Assembly: GCF_964355755.1 (NCBI RefSeq)
Contig: NC_092673.1
Coordinates: 2,542,001-2,606,000, forward strand
Source of the DNA: Antedon mediterranea
Taxonomy: Eukaryota > Animalia > Echinodermata
Direction: 5' to 3'
DNA length: 64,000 nt
Shown here: piece after piece, positions 52,558 to 64,000 of the stretch
Position numbering within the stretch: position 1 is the first letter of the stretch
Layout of the letters: every line of letters starts with the position of its first letter
Made by a program: the position numbers and the translations under genes
Notes under the pieces: generated by a model
The model's input: only the letters and a program-made list of their open reading frames with translations
Databases searched by the model: none
What the model was told of the DNA's origin: nothing

Positions 52558-52862
52558 CTGTTTTTATTTATTTTTTATTTTATTCAATTTTCAGGCACAA
52601 CAATACATGACAACACAGCGGTGCAGCACCCTGAGGATTGCCATGAGTGCAAAGCACTATCGAGATGGCTCTCCATATACTGCACTAGAACATATAAGAC
52701 AAACATATAGACAAGATGCTCTACATAAACAAAGACTTATTATTAAGTCTTTGGGAGTGGAGTTGTAAATTGTCATGAGAAAAAAACCCTGACATATGAC
52801 AGGACTTGAACCCAGTACCCCTAGATTGGTAGCCAAGCATCATAACCACCAAGCCACAGCTC
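52558..52862 (-). mobile_element. tRNA-derived SINE
   Basis: Minus strand A box tggcttggtgg (52856-52846), B box gggttcaagtcc (52813-52802), A-rich tail near 52560; body segment aagacaaacata..acaagatgctctacataaac recurs at 55863-55894. Confidence 0.75.
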
Positions 52863-55789
52863 CTGCCATTCTGACTGAATCACTGTCGACGAGAATACAA
52901 TCAATTAGTAGTATAGTATGCACACATAAATAACAATTCATGATTATACCCAATTCGCACATACGACAACACAAATGCATGTACAGCAATTGTTATATGG
53001 ATATCTCGCAGGATAATCTAACCGAGTTACAACGCTTTCATGTGATAGTTTGTCATGCCGTAATTAAAAAGACAACTATTAACTGTATCAACGTATAATT
53101 TAGTACGGTATATCTTTACGGTTTAAGGTTATTTTGAAAATAGTACATAACATTTGAATAAATTATTACTAAATATGTCTCAAAAGTAATTGGAAATATA
53201 GAATTGAGAAAGTACATTACTAAAAATGGCCAGCGGTACAATATGGCATTATGAACACATCAATTGACACTATGAATAATAGATCATTGCAAAACGTGTC
53301 ATGCTTTTTGTATTGCTCTAATTTCTGTGGTTAGTTGACCTAATTTTATTACATTATCATCTTTCCATAATAAAATGAAACTTGTTTTGAAGTTTGCTTG
53401 CAACTTCAGTTTAGTACAAAGGTGACTGTGTATTGTGCCTGCAATTTATCAATTTAAACACAAGTGACATGGAAACGAATTAGTTTGCTAAATAGAAAAC
53501 TGTTGTTTATTTCAACGTGCATCAAATAGCGAGTACATAACTCGCAAATGACAAGATAAGACGTTTTCCATGCTATACTTATAAACTAAGCTTAGACTTG
53601 GGTACACTAGTATTATTGTTTTAGCTATTCAAGATTTAATTTATTGTCACATAATATATCATGCATGATATTTGTTTTCCTGAGCTTAGAAACATAGATA
53701 CAATACAATATAAAAACATAACACCTTAACTAATTATCTTGAAAAATGTACATTAAATAGATAACAAGCATATGAGATCTCACAGATTTGAACCACTGTT
53801 TCTGACTATCAATCTGTGATTTCCTATTTGTGCCTATTAAAATGTGGTCCATATGATATAACTGAACCGATACCAACAAAATACTGTAAGTGGTGAAATA
53901 TTGCTGTGGTCCATATGATGTATAGCTAATACTAACAAAATAGTAGTGAAATATTGCTATTTATAACTTTGAAATTGAATTCAGTATCTATCTAAAATAC
54001 ATTAGCTAGAGACGCGAGTAATCCATTACCAGCCATGCAGAGTAAAATGCATTGATCTTCACATTATTTCATAATAATCATCAACAAAGAAACATTAAAT
54101 TTGATATTTTTCTACTCAGCCAGGCACATTAACTTGCACACTACTTGATCTAGTGTTGCGTATAAATACGAAAGTAATAATCAAATTTAAATAATGCCAT
54201 TTAAGCTACATTGTGTAGGCCAATGGCCATGTAAAAATGGCTTGATTCGTGATTGATGCACAGAAGCACGTAAACAGGCAACAAAAAAAAGTAGTTCGGT
54301 GCTGGGTAGTAAGAACATACAATCCGTTTTGTACAACAGATTTTAAACTGTATTTTTCTCTAGCTACTTCGTTTCTTATGGACTCTGTATAATTAGTCTC
54401 ACAATGATTGAAATCTCTCGTTAAAAAATCATTCGGAATTCTAAGCATACATATGCACAAACACATAAAATACACGTTGTGTAATCAAGTGAGGTGTTAG
54501 ACCATCTCCATCGGCCATAAACACAGTCCGAATGGACAGCAGCAATTATTGTCAACTTGAGTTTTATTCCATTCATTTGCAAATTTGATGTTGCATTAGC
54601 AATGCCAATAGAGATGTGAGAGACTTGTCTTGAATGTTCTACCTAGGGAGTTTACAGGGTTGATTGCGTTTGAACGTGTACGCACATGCATACATCACAA
54701 TCAATTCGTTGTATAGAATTAACATCATTTATATTGTTGTTATCGTTCGCCGTCGAATTGTCTACTCCGAGAGCCGAAGCTTGGCAGGAATGAATAAATA
54801 GCACGAAGCCTCACTGTCAATCTTACATTGTCTTTTTTTATGACTGTTTTTCCAACTACCTCAAGAGACAGGTTATAAATCAAATTCATCAGTTACATAA
54901 TGACATTGTAAAGTTTAAATTCTATTTTCTAAAAACTTCCCATAACTCACGAAAATACTTGTGAAAGTTTTTAAGCTTAGCTATTCTACTCAACCAATAA
55001 CTCAGCCGCAAACAGATATATAGATAAAACAACTTTTAGAAATTTACGACGTGAATATCGGTGTTTTTTTTTTATTCTTTGCTCAGATGCTAATACTCTA
55101 ATAAAATAGAGGTTTGAAAAACCATGAATGTAACTGGTGCATGACAAATAACCAACAATGATAAAACTTGGAATCATCAATAAATTCAAACTGCATTATT
55201 GTCTCATTTAATGTTATTGATTGTGATACTTTTGTTGTTGTTAACATCTCACCATCAAGAGGATATAAAGTAATTATGAGATGCTCTATACATTTACATG
55301 CAAGTATAATTGACACGAACCAATACGCGAAATTAACTTTCAAACTTTAAAATATGGTTCAAAATTTATGCAATTTATAATAGTATTAGACTTGGTGATA
55401 TAAATTAAACCATTCATCATCAACATAGGAAATAAATATTGTTCTATGCCTGATGGGTTTAATATATAAAGGAAGAATTTTAAAGTAAAAAATATTTGGT
55501 TATTTTAATTACTTTGATAAATTAACTTATTATCTATAGTACTATGGCATAAGGTCATTCATTTTTACATACTGTATATTTTTTTTACAATATTTTAATA
55601 GGCATTGCAGTAATTTAAGCTAAAAGGCAAGCCACAAATGTACTAATTTTAACTGCTAAATATAACTATATCTGCTCTACTGTATATAGGTTACTGGATG
55701 ATGATACAAAGTATAAAATACTAAAGCAAGATCAATTTTTAAAATACTCTCTTTAGCATATTATGATTAAAATTTCAAAAGCTTGTATT

Positions 55790-55895
55790 TAAAAAAAAAC
55801 CATATTTAATGAGGGTGATCCATCCAGCAATTGCTGATCATTAGGGGCCCACAGAAGTTCCCAAGACAAACATACACAAGATGCTCTACATAAAC
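55790..55895 (-). mobile_element. Fragment of the same SINE family with a different 3' segment
   Basis: Shares aagacaaacata(c)acaagatgctctacataaac with 52696-52730. Confidence 0.55.
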
Positions 55896-57137
55896 TTAAA
55901 ATAAATTTTGTCTGTAGAAAAATTTGTAGGGTTATTAACTTAAATACATTTTGTATCAGTGTTCTAATTGTTGCAATACGAGGTCGACGGAAGTGTTTCG
56001 TGTTTTTCATCTTTCCCATGGAATATGGATATCAAATTACAGCGGAAAAATGAGAACAAGTGAGGTTGATCTGGGCAATAAAACAGAGTGTGAATACCAA
56101 TTGATGTGAAATACACACCTGACAACTGCTAAAGGGTGGTATTAAATACCATTACATTCAACTTAATTAATGCACCCTACTTAATGCTAAATTAACCTGT
56201 AATTATATAGCTAGCATACTTTTGTCATTTACACAAATTGATAAAAGAATTTCAATACAAACTCATTATCAGATCGCAGCATGCACAATTTTTGTTCATT
56301 CTAACCAATAATTATTTTTAATGGAATACTAAAATTATAACAATAAAACATTAAATTTTAATCTATAAAACATAATTGAAAATAATCTTTAATGTCCTAT
56401 TATAAACTTGGGAATAATTGAATAAAAATTGACAAAATATAATTAAACCATAACTTTTTTCTAATGCGTTAATGAAGCCAGAATTGAGTATAATTATTGT
56501 TTTGGCAATTAACGAAAAGTTAAAAGTGCATATCATCGGTTTGTTGAAGCGTGAATCAAAACTAGTCGCTTACTTCTAAACCGGAGATGACGTCATTAAG
56601 TACGAATAAAATTTCCAAAATATTTAGTTTTTTTTTGCTCTTAATACATACAATGACTGCAGTATGATTGTAAGTGTATTTTGTTTGATAGATGGTTCCA
56701 GTGTGGTGGGAGAATGATAAAGTCTAACATCAACAGTAAACTAATGATACACAGGTCAGAAATCGGGCAACCTCTCATCAGCCCTTCTTTAATGGACGCC
56801 GGGTAGATTACCTCTGAGTCACCGAGTTTGCACGCAACATTCGGCATTATATTTTACTTAATGCTAAGGCTGTCATTTTTACTGATTTTATGTACGACTC
56901 GGGACTGCTGTAACGATGCACACAAAAGCGTTACGTTGATCATGATTGATTCTATTCTAGCATTGCGCAAGATCGTTGATATTTGCATATTTCTTTCTCT
57001 TTAAGAATTCAATAGTTGCAATGAAAACTCTTTGTCAAGTACAAATATCATTGAACGGAGATCTTGGCAGGCTCGTTAGAAATAATTCTACTGAGATCTT
57101 AACTTGCGCTAGTGCAGTAATGGAAAATAGAAAATTA

Positions 57138-57420
57138 ATTAGGCCTGGAAAATTAAGAGAGGCCTGGAAAATTAAGAGAGAGCTGGGAAATTTACAAAGA
57201 CCTGGACTATTTGAGGGAGCATTACTTTTAGAGACCCTATGAATTATTAAACAAATATTTTTTAATGTACGCTAGTAATGATGCATTAATGGTATTTAAT
57301 AGAAAATTACTGTAAGACTGACCTGGGCAATTAAAGAGAGACCTGGGAAATTAAAAGAGACCTGGGCAATTAGGAGAGAGACCTGGGCAATTTACTGAGA
57401 CCTGGACAATTTTAGGGATC
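57138..57420. repeat. Two blocks of degenerate ~20-21-bp repeats (gagacctgggaaattaaga)
   Basis: Blocks at ~57138-57215 and ~57318-57415. Confidence 0.8.
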
Positions 57421-58998
57421 TGAATTAATATTAGAGATTATATGAAAAAAGTTTGTATATTAGTATAGTAAAAAATATTTTTGAAATTAAAAATCATAAA
57501 AAGTTGAAGGTAATAGTTTACAAATGTGTATTAAATATTAAATCTGTTTGCCAATCTGTTTATATCTCTAATTTACAGACTCAACCTTAAGTAATGAAAA
57601 ACTCACAAAAATTCAGATTCAAAATATGAATTCTACATTTATGAATGGTCAATTTAAAATGAGACACCATGTCCAGTTTATCTACTGAACCGGGTCAAGA
57701 AAATCACATGGGGCATTGCAGAGCTATGCTAATGGATATACTGTACAACTTTGTGGTGTGAAATGAACGCAGCGCAGCTCAGATGAAACAACTCACTTGA
57801 GAGGTTTGAACCGTGACATTCTATCATTGAATATATCATATCAAGTCAAACACGCAAAAAAAACGTACACATGCTGTAATAGTAAAACTGTGGAATCACT
57901 ATATTTGCAAATGAGAAATTTCTCTGAAAATGGCAGTTAAGCGTTGAGACATGTTCGAAAAAGTCATCATTCAACACATAGAAATTTATCTTACGCCCAA
58001 AGATATATAGTTTGGAATGAATGGATGATAGTAAATGGGAATGATACAATTAAGTTATTTTTTTTAATTTCTTAAATGCCATGGGGTAAATTACTTAATT
58101 TTTGAAGTAGTTACATTTAGTACATTGACACTTTAATATTAGCGTTAGATTTTAAGATCAAAGGCAAGCTTGTGAATTAAATTGGCGACTCTGGAGATGG
58201 TATTTAATAGAGTATGCTGGGCAAATTGCTAGATTAGTAGAGTATCCTTTTGCCTGGCCTACTTCATGCGCCATCCGTTACCTAATTTGCATTGGCAAGT
58301 GAGTACTGAACCAATTCTGATTTCCCAGATGATTTCTAGTTGTCAAATTGCGTTTGGGTCGCCATTAAAGACGATATCACAAGGGGCCATTATATCTTAA
58401 CATTGGTAAAGGATTTTCAGTCAGTTAGTGCATGTGATAGTCTTGGGTGGGGTCAATTTCCGTTGCGAGATGTAACCTGATACTCCCTTTTGAAAATTAT
58501 AAGTCAGAATTTCATTTTGAGTTGGGGAAAGTGGTTAGATAGTCGTCTGGAATGCAGCAGTTGTTTGAGTTGAGCCTGAAACTTAATTATTAGTGTTGTG
58601 AATTGAATTCTTAATCACAGGCTCCAGCGGTGATTGCTCCTTTACTGAAGGTGTTATAACGCACGCTTTAAGTACAACGAACAAAATGCATAATGAATTT
58701 GTGAATAAGATGCTAGCAATGTCATTTATGTTTAGTTCAATTCATGTCACATTGAAAGCTAATTATATTTAAATCCAACATTTACATGGAGTTAAATTTT
58801 TACTTCTAAACTAAATTAGATTATTTTAATCCCTCTGCAAGAGATATGTTCGTGATCTGATAATTGTTGTTTAAAAAAACATTGACATGGCAACAAGAAA
58901 AACAATTATGGGTGTTTTTATAGTATCACCTGAAATTACATGAATTTGCATAAATTGAAGGTGTGTCATTTTCAAGGTAGAAATAATTAAAAACTTAC

Positions 58999-59720
58999 CT
59001 CTTCCATTTTTTGAAAGTCTAACTTTGGTCTAGATTCTTCTTCTCTTCGCCTTTTCTTTCCTCCTCGCCTTCTCGACACGCAAGGTTGCGATCGGCAACG
59101 TAACATACCTACACCCTTTCGCTGTAGTTCTGGCGTTAACGAAACACTAGGTATCGACACAACTGATCCAGAACTTTCTGAAATCTTGTCTTCGGAACAA
59201 AACCAAGATTTCTGCGCTATCTGATGGTGTAGCGAATTGGCATCTAACCAAGGCATATTGAGCGAATCGTCCCACGAGGTCGCTGATGCAGGTCGAGGAA
59301 CCGGCGACTCTGGGGGTGTTGAATATTCATTTTCTAATTCAGGATATTGAAAAATTGGATAATTATTTTCGAGGCTTGGTAGGTTGAAATTATGCATAGG
59401 AACATGTCCTTGATATGTGTCTAACTTGGCTTTTGTTACAGGACGCCAAACCCTAGAAGCACGTGGTTTCCACGGGTACGCTCTCTGTTCTGTTAATTCT
59501 CCTGCCGATAGTGACCTACAGTGACGTTTCTTTGGCGGTGCCGCTGTAGGGGTTCGTGCTTGTGACGAATTGATGGAATTGTTTCTATCAACCTCATTTT
59601 GGTTACTTGGAATTTGGCACGGTTTGCTAAGTGCGTAATATTCGGCAACTGGCATTTCTGTACTATACGCGCAGCTCTTACTGTTGGTTGCTGTAAAACT
59701 ATCTGTGTATGTCCTAGAAT
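58999..59720 (-). CDS. FAM53: FAM53-family protein, large internal coding exon
   Basis: Translation carries FAM53 motifs APPKKRHCRSLS, WKPRASRVWRPV, STPPESPVPRPASA, RCRSQPC and KKRRREEESRPKLDFQKM. The frame is open upstream of the track ATG to an acceptor ttgttcttttag|AT at 59721/59720 (phase 1). Donor GAG|gtaagt at 58999/58998 (phase 0). Confidence 0.9.
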
Positions 59721-60785
59721 CTAAAAGAACAAATTTATTAATAAAATTAATAACTTATTCAATAAAAAACAATTTAATTCAGATGAGGTTACCACTTTTT
59801 CTTAATTTTCAATTTAACGGATCGTTCTGTAGCTCAACCATTAGTAGTATCAGTATTATAAGTTTCAAAATGGATCAAGCTATGAGCGACTGGTAAAGGT
59901 TTCGTCAGAAATGCTTCACAGACTTAAATATCATGCAAATATATACTCCCATTAAAACAAGATAAAACAGTTCATAATCGATGCGAAATGTAATGATTAA
60001 AATTGATTTTGTACAGAATTCTAAAAAGACTATGATAATTAATCCCAGAGTGATAGTATAGAATGTGCGTTTGATTGACAAGGTCTATTACGTTAAGTGT
60101 TTAAAGCTTTATCTAAACCTGTAATTACAAGTGGTTACCACAAATTTGAATAATTTGTAACTCCAGGGATGTAGCTACAAAAGGCTCAGGGATTGCCAAA
60201 TTAGTGTTCTTTTTACAGTACTATTGAAGTTGCTAATGAAAGGTATGAAACCAAGTGGTAAACAATGTTGGTTAAATGATCCATCAGAAATTAATTAACT
60301 ATTTATCTGTATCAAACATTCCATTCCAGTTTTTAATCTTGCATGTCCCTTTAAAATAAAACATTTCTGGAGTAAATTCCTAGTTTTGCAAGGTTTTCTA
60401 AAACTCACATTGTCCCTTTAAAAATTGAAAAACATTTCTGGAGTGAATTCCCAATTTTACACAGCTTCTTTACGCTTTAATTTTCCCTTTAAATTTTCTA
60501 TTTTTCATTTCTATAGCTCCTTTTAACCAGATAATACTTGCTATATTCAATGATACATATAACAAAAGGGGGTACTTAGAGCCAAAGGCACTGTGAATAA
60601 TTGCATTATAATTGGTTTTCAAAATACGATATCAATATTTTGCAATTTTAAAAGCTACTATTATTACAATAACATTGGAATTTTACAAATATTTATTTTG
60701 TAGAATATCATATAAAAACAAAAACTGTGTATGCAAAAAAATAACAAACACATTAAATTGTCTTTTTACCAAAATAACAAAGTTT

Positions 60786-61608
60786 GGCCCTGTTTCTGCT
60801 GCCAACTAAATACCGTATATTATACGGTATTTTTTAAATACCGTATATATACGGTATATTTTTGGCAGCAGAAACTGCGCTCATAAAAAATATACCGTAT
60901 TTTGTATACCGTATTTTCCCCACAAAATTTGTGGATAAAATACGGTATTTACAAATTTATACCGTATTTTTTGTACCCGTTTCTGCTGCCAATAAAAAAT
61001 ACCGTATTTTTTTTTTTACATGACAAAAGGTCAACATTCGTGTTTTTATTTTCTGTCGCTGTCAGCTGCTTTACATACGTGTATAGATATATTCGGCGAA
61101 AATGTGGAGCGAAGACGTCACAATTTTACTAAATAAATGTGTGTGGGGAAGCTAAAATGTCTGGCCAACTAAAAGGTAATAAAAGGGACAACCACATTAC
61201 AAAGACATTTCAAAAAAATAAAGCAGGAGTATGGAATAGACTGGTCTCCAAAGCAAGTAAACTCAAAGCTGAAGAGCCTGCGAAAGCAGTAGAACATTGC
61301 AAAATACAATAACTCGGGGAGGGAACGAATTAATTGTCCACATTACGATGTTTTCTGTGCTCTCACAACATCTCTATCACTAGGGCTAGGCTGTTGAAAG
61401 TGAGACGTAAAACTTCCTTTATTGTGACTTTTAATTATCGATCAAATAAATGAATGGCAATTTGGGTAAAAAAAGATGAAATTTAACACGACCACCCAAG
61501 AAGTATTGTTAGCAGAAACGGGGTACTAAAAAATACGGTATAAAAAATACCGTATTTTATACCGTATTTTTATACCGTATTTTAAGCAGTTGCAGCAGAA
61601 ACAGGCCC
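60786..61608 (+). mobile_element. PIF/Harbinger deletion derivative carrying a decayed Myb/SANT-like ORF
   Basis: 17-bp TIRs ggccctgtttctgctgc / gcagcagaaacaggccc (1 mismatch) and many subterminal ataccgtat motifs; internal pseudo-ORF. Confidence 0.82.
61102..61356 (+). pseudogene. Frameshifted Myb/SANT-like (trihelix) DNA-binding domain remnant
   Basis: MWSEDVTILL/INVCGEAKMSGQLKGNKRDNHI/KDISKKIKQEYGIDWSPKQVNSKLKSLRKQ*NIAKYNNSGRERINCPHYDVF matches the W..E..LI..WGE..QL..RN..IS..G..Q..K.K.L+..Y..N.SG..R..CP.YD pattern. Confidence 0.78.
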
Positions 61609-64000
61609 ATAATAATACATTTATAATATTTTGGCTGGCTGGTATCTTATATGACAGATATAGCTTTTCTATGATTTGTTTATTCAATTCTGATGACCAG
61701 ATTTAAAATGGGTTTATAGTCAAATGTTGTTTATTGTAATGAGAGATTTAATATGTTGGTCAAAGTACATTTTTCAGCTCCAATATATTCACACATTTAT
61801 GTACAATCTTTCAGAAAACCTTCAATTTAGGAGTGATTGACGCAAAATTGCTACAAATAGAGAATCATTCAAACCTGATGGTGCATTTGGGGATGTTTAA
61901 CTAATTCGCAAAAACATCTCATTAAGAGACGTTCGCTTCTAGTCTAAATCCGTCAAAAAATTTTCATAGCACGAAGAACATTGACCTAGTAAAATATTCC
62001 ATGAATTTTAATATTCACGTCGAGTCTGACCTAGAAAGTTGCGTAGGCTTAATCTTTTTGAAGAACAAAAACACGGTGATAAATGAATGCGGCGATATTG
62101 AACCGTGGATTCGTGTGTAAATTTAATGGAATCCTTAATGCTTATGAGGAGTTTTTAGTTGATCTTGTTGATTTTTATTGACGCGGGGAACAATGTAATA
62201 TAAATGTAAATACTACTCCTACTCATCACATTGTAATCATCGATTGGTAGACTTTTAATGTAGAATTTACAATAAAAAAGAATAAATAATCAAGGATAAT
62301 CTTGAAAATAACATTTTTCAGACGTTTGTCTGGGCCTTCAATATAAAATATGAATTACATATTCAGCAAAAAACTGATGAAAATATTATGGTGTTCATAA
62401 GATATTGGGCAGGGTAACTTTAAGAGGAGGAAGGGGTATCCAGCTTAATTTTCAAATTGTTTCGTTAAGCAGTCTCTTTGTAATCTAGTAAGATCTTGCT
62501 TTCAATCTTAAAACCTTGTTATTTGTGAATATATTTCTGGTATAACGGGGTTAAAAAAGTAGAATTACGTTTCTTTTTCGTTTCAGTTAAAATTACAAGA
62601 TAATTACCCGCTCTTTTTGAATGAACCTACTCAAGGTACACCCCTTTTTTAGAAAATACCTTTCAGTTTAACAAACTTATTCAGCGAACATCCGGATAAA
62701 GGGGAAACTTTACTAGATCCACTGCAGTTTGTTTATGGAAAGTGTTTTGTTGATCTTAATTTTATGCTATCGAGATAATGTCAATCAAATTTTTAAGAAA
62801 TTAAACCATTGTTGATTCTAAATATGTACAAGAAAAAGCCCTAAAACTAAATCTATATTAGATATCAATCCAATTGTCAATGAAGAAACATCAGTAATCT
62901 ACCATTCCTTCAAGGACAAACTGTTTATCTTTTCTTTTCAAGTGCTGGTAAACACAGAATAAATATTTGAATTCGCCACTATTATGTCACTCTTCTGTTC
63001 GTCAAATGCGTACTAGAGAGAAACGTGAATGAAAAACAATTTTGGTAAAACGGGAAAGAGGTGCCACACCTTATATCTATTATACAAGTACTTGAATTTG
63101 AAGCTGTTTTGGCGACTGAAAGGCTTAGTACGTTGTGAAGTTTAAATAGTTTGTGATGGATAAGCTAGGAGGTGTTCTATTAATTGCCTGTCTTCTCCCT
63201 ATGAGGTAGTAATAGGGACCATCTCCCTGTTTGAAACACAGCATAAAAACATTGGCAACAAGCCTACTGAACGTGACTATATTTACTATATAAATGAAAA
63301 CAGTTGCTGTGTGATAGAATTAAATTATAACAGTTATATCATATTTATAATTTATTCTCAGTTTACATACATGTTTTTCTTAGTGAATTTAATGTTTTTT
63401 AAATAAAACTAATGATCAATCAAAGCTAAGAATTTACTGGATTCGTTTTTGACCCACAAAAGCAAAAATCGTCATGAGCTGTAGGCTTTAAAGAGGGCAT
63501 TTCAAGAAAAGAAAAAGGGGGTAGACAGCTGAGGGCATCTTGTTCATTGTTAAATGGACATTATACTTTTACTATTAAGACATACAAAATTGTTAAATTG
63601 GTCCAAATATCGCAGCTTTCTTTATAATAAGTTGGTTGGAACTAAATGAATGCATATTGAGAAGGTGCTTGCGTGAATGCTACATGTATAGCATCTGGTT
63701 AACAACACTCTTACAATCAATAAAATTACACCTTTATTTGTGCGGCAGTGTTGTTTGGTAGTAAGCAAACTTTTGCTCAAATTTACTGACGTCAAGGTAG
63801 TAATATATACCAAACTAACCCAGATTAGTTTGTTCTTATTTGATTAGAAAGCTTAGAATGGTATTATCTACTAGTGTAAGTGGGCGTTTAATAACTTGTG
63901 TTTTTCTGAATGACAAAGAATGTAAAGTGCAATTTGACTTCATAAATTTTATTTAAGCACAAACATCAAAAATGATATTATGCACTACATTTTGATATCT

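Larger units (their letters stand above)
9451..58998 (-). other. ~49.5 kb intron of FAM53 (small intervening exons not excluded)
   Basis: GT..AG boundaries in compatible phase; no convincing host coding exon found between them. Confidence 0.7.

Noticed and set aside
52790-52862. tRNA gene
   Set aside because: A and B boxes are present but no convincing acceptor stem, and it continues into a repeated body and A-rich tail, so it is called a SINE.
59653-59655. Track ATG as FAM53 start codon
   Set aside because: The frame is open upstream to a good acceptor at 59721 and the usual FAM53 N-terminal motif is absent, so the exon is treated as internal.

Overview
AT-rich eukaryotic (animal, probably marine invertebrate) genomic DNA, not prokaryotic: almost all ORF-track entries are chance ORFs. 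The window is dominated by a minus-strand FAM53-family gene. Two coding exons are visible (58999-59720 and 9160-9450), joined in phase 0 across a ~49.5 kb intron; the N-terminal exon(s) were not found and probably lie beyond 64000. At the left edge there is a probable promoter and first exon of a second minus-strand gene whose coding part is only ATG TGT G|gtgagt (Met-Cys-Gly-like start, suggestive of GFPT/Ntn amidotransferases). The intron holds many non-autonomous DNA transposons (Harbinger-, pogo-, Kolobok- and Academ-like), LINE/SINE fragments, a 2.2 kb 37-bp satellite and a 23-bp minisatellite. Most notable observations: a set of 21-47 bp CA(T/A)..(A/T)TG palindromes flanked by 7-bp duplications that look like P-superfamily excision footprints; an Academ-like element with hairpin ends and a 10-bp TSD; an RTE 3' end inserted in a MITE; candidate recursive splice sites; and candidate enhancer/CTCF clusters. 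All calls are by eye, with no database searches.
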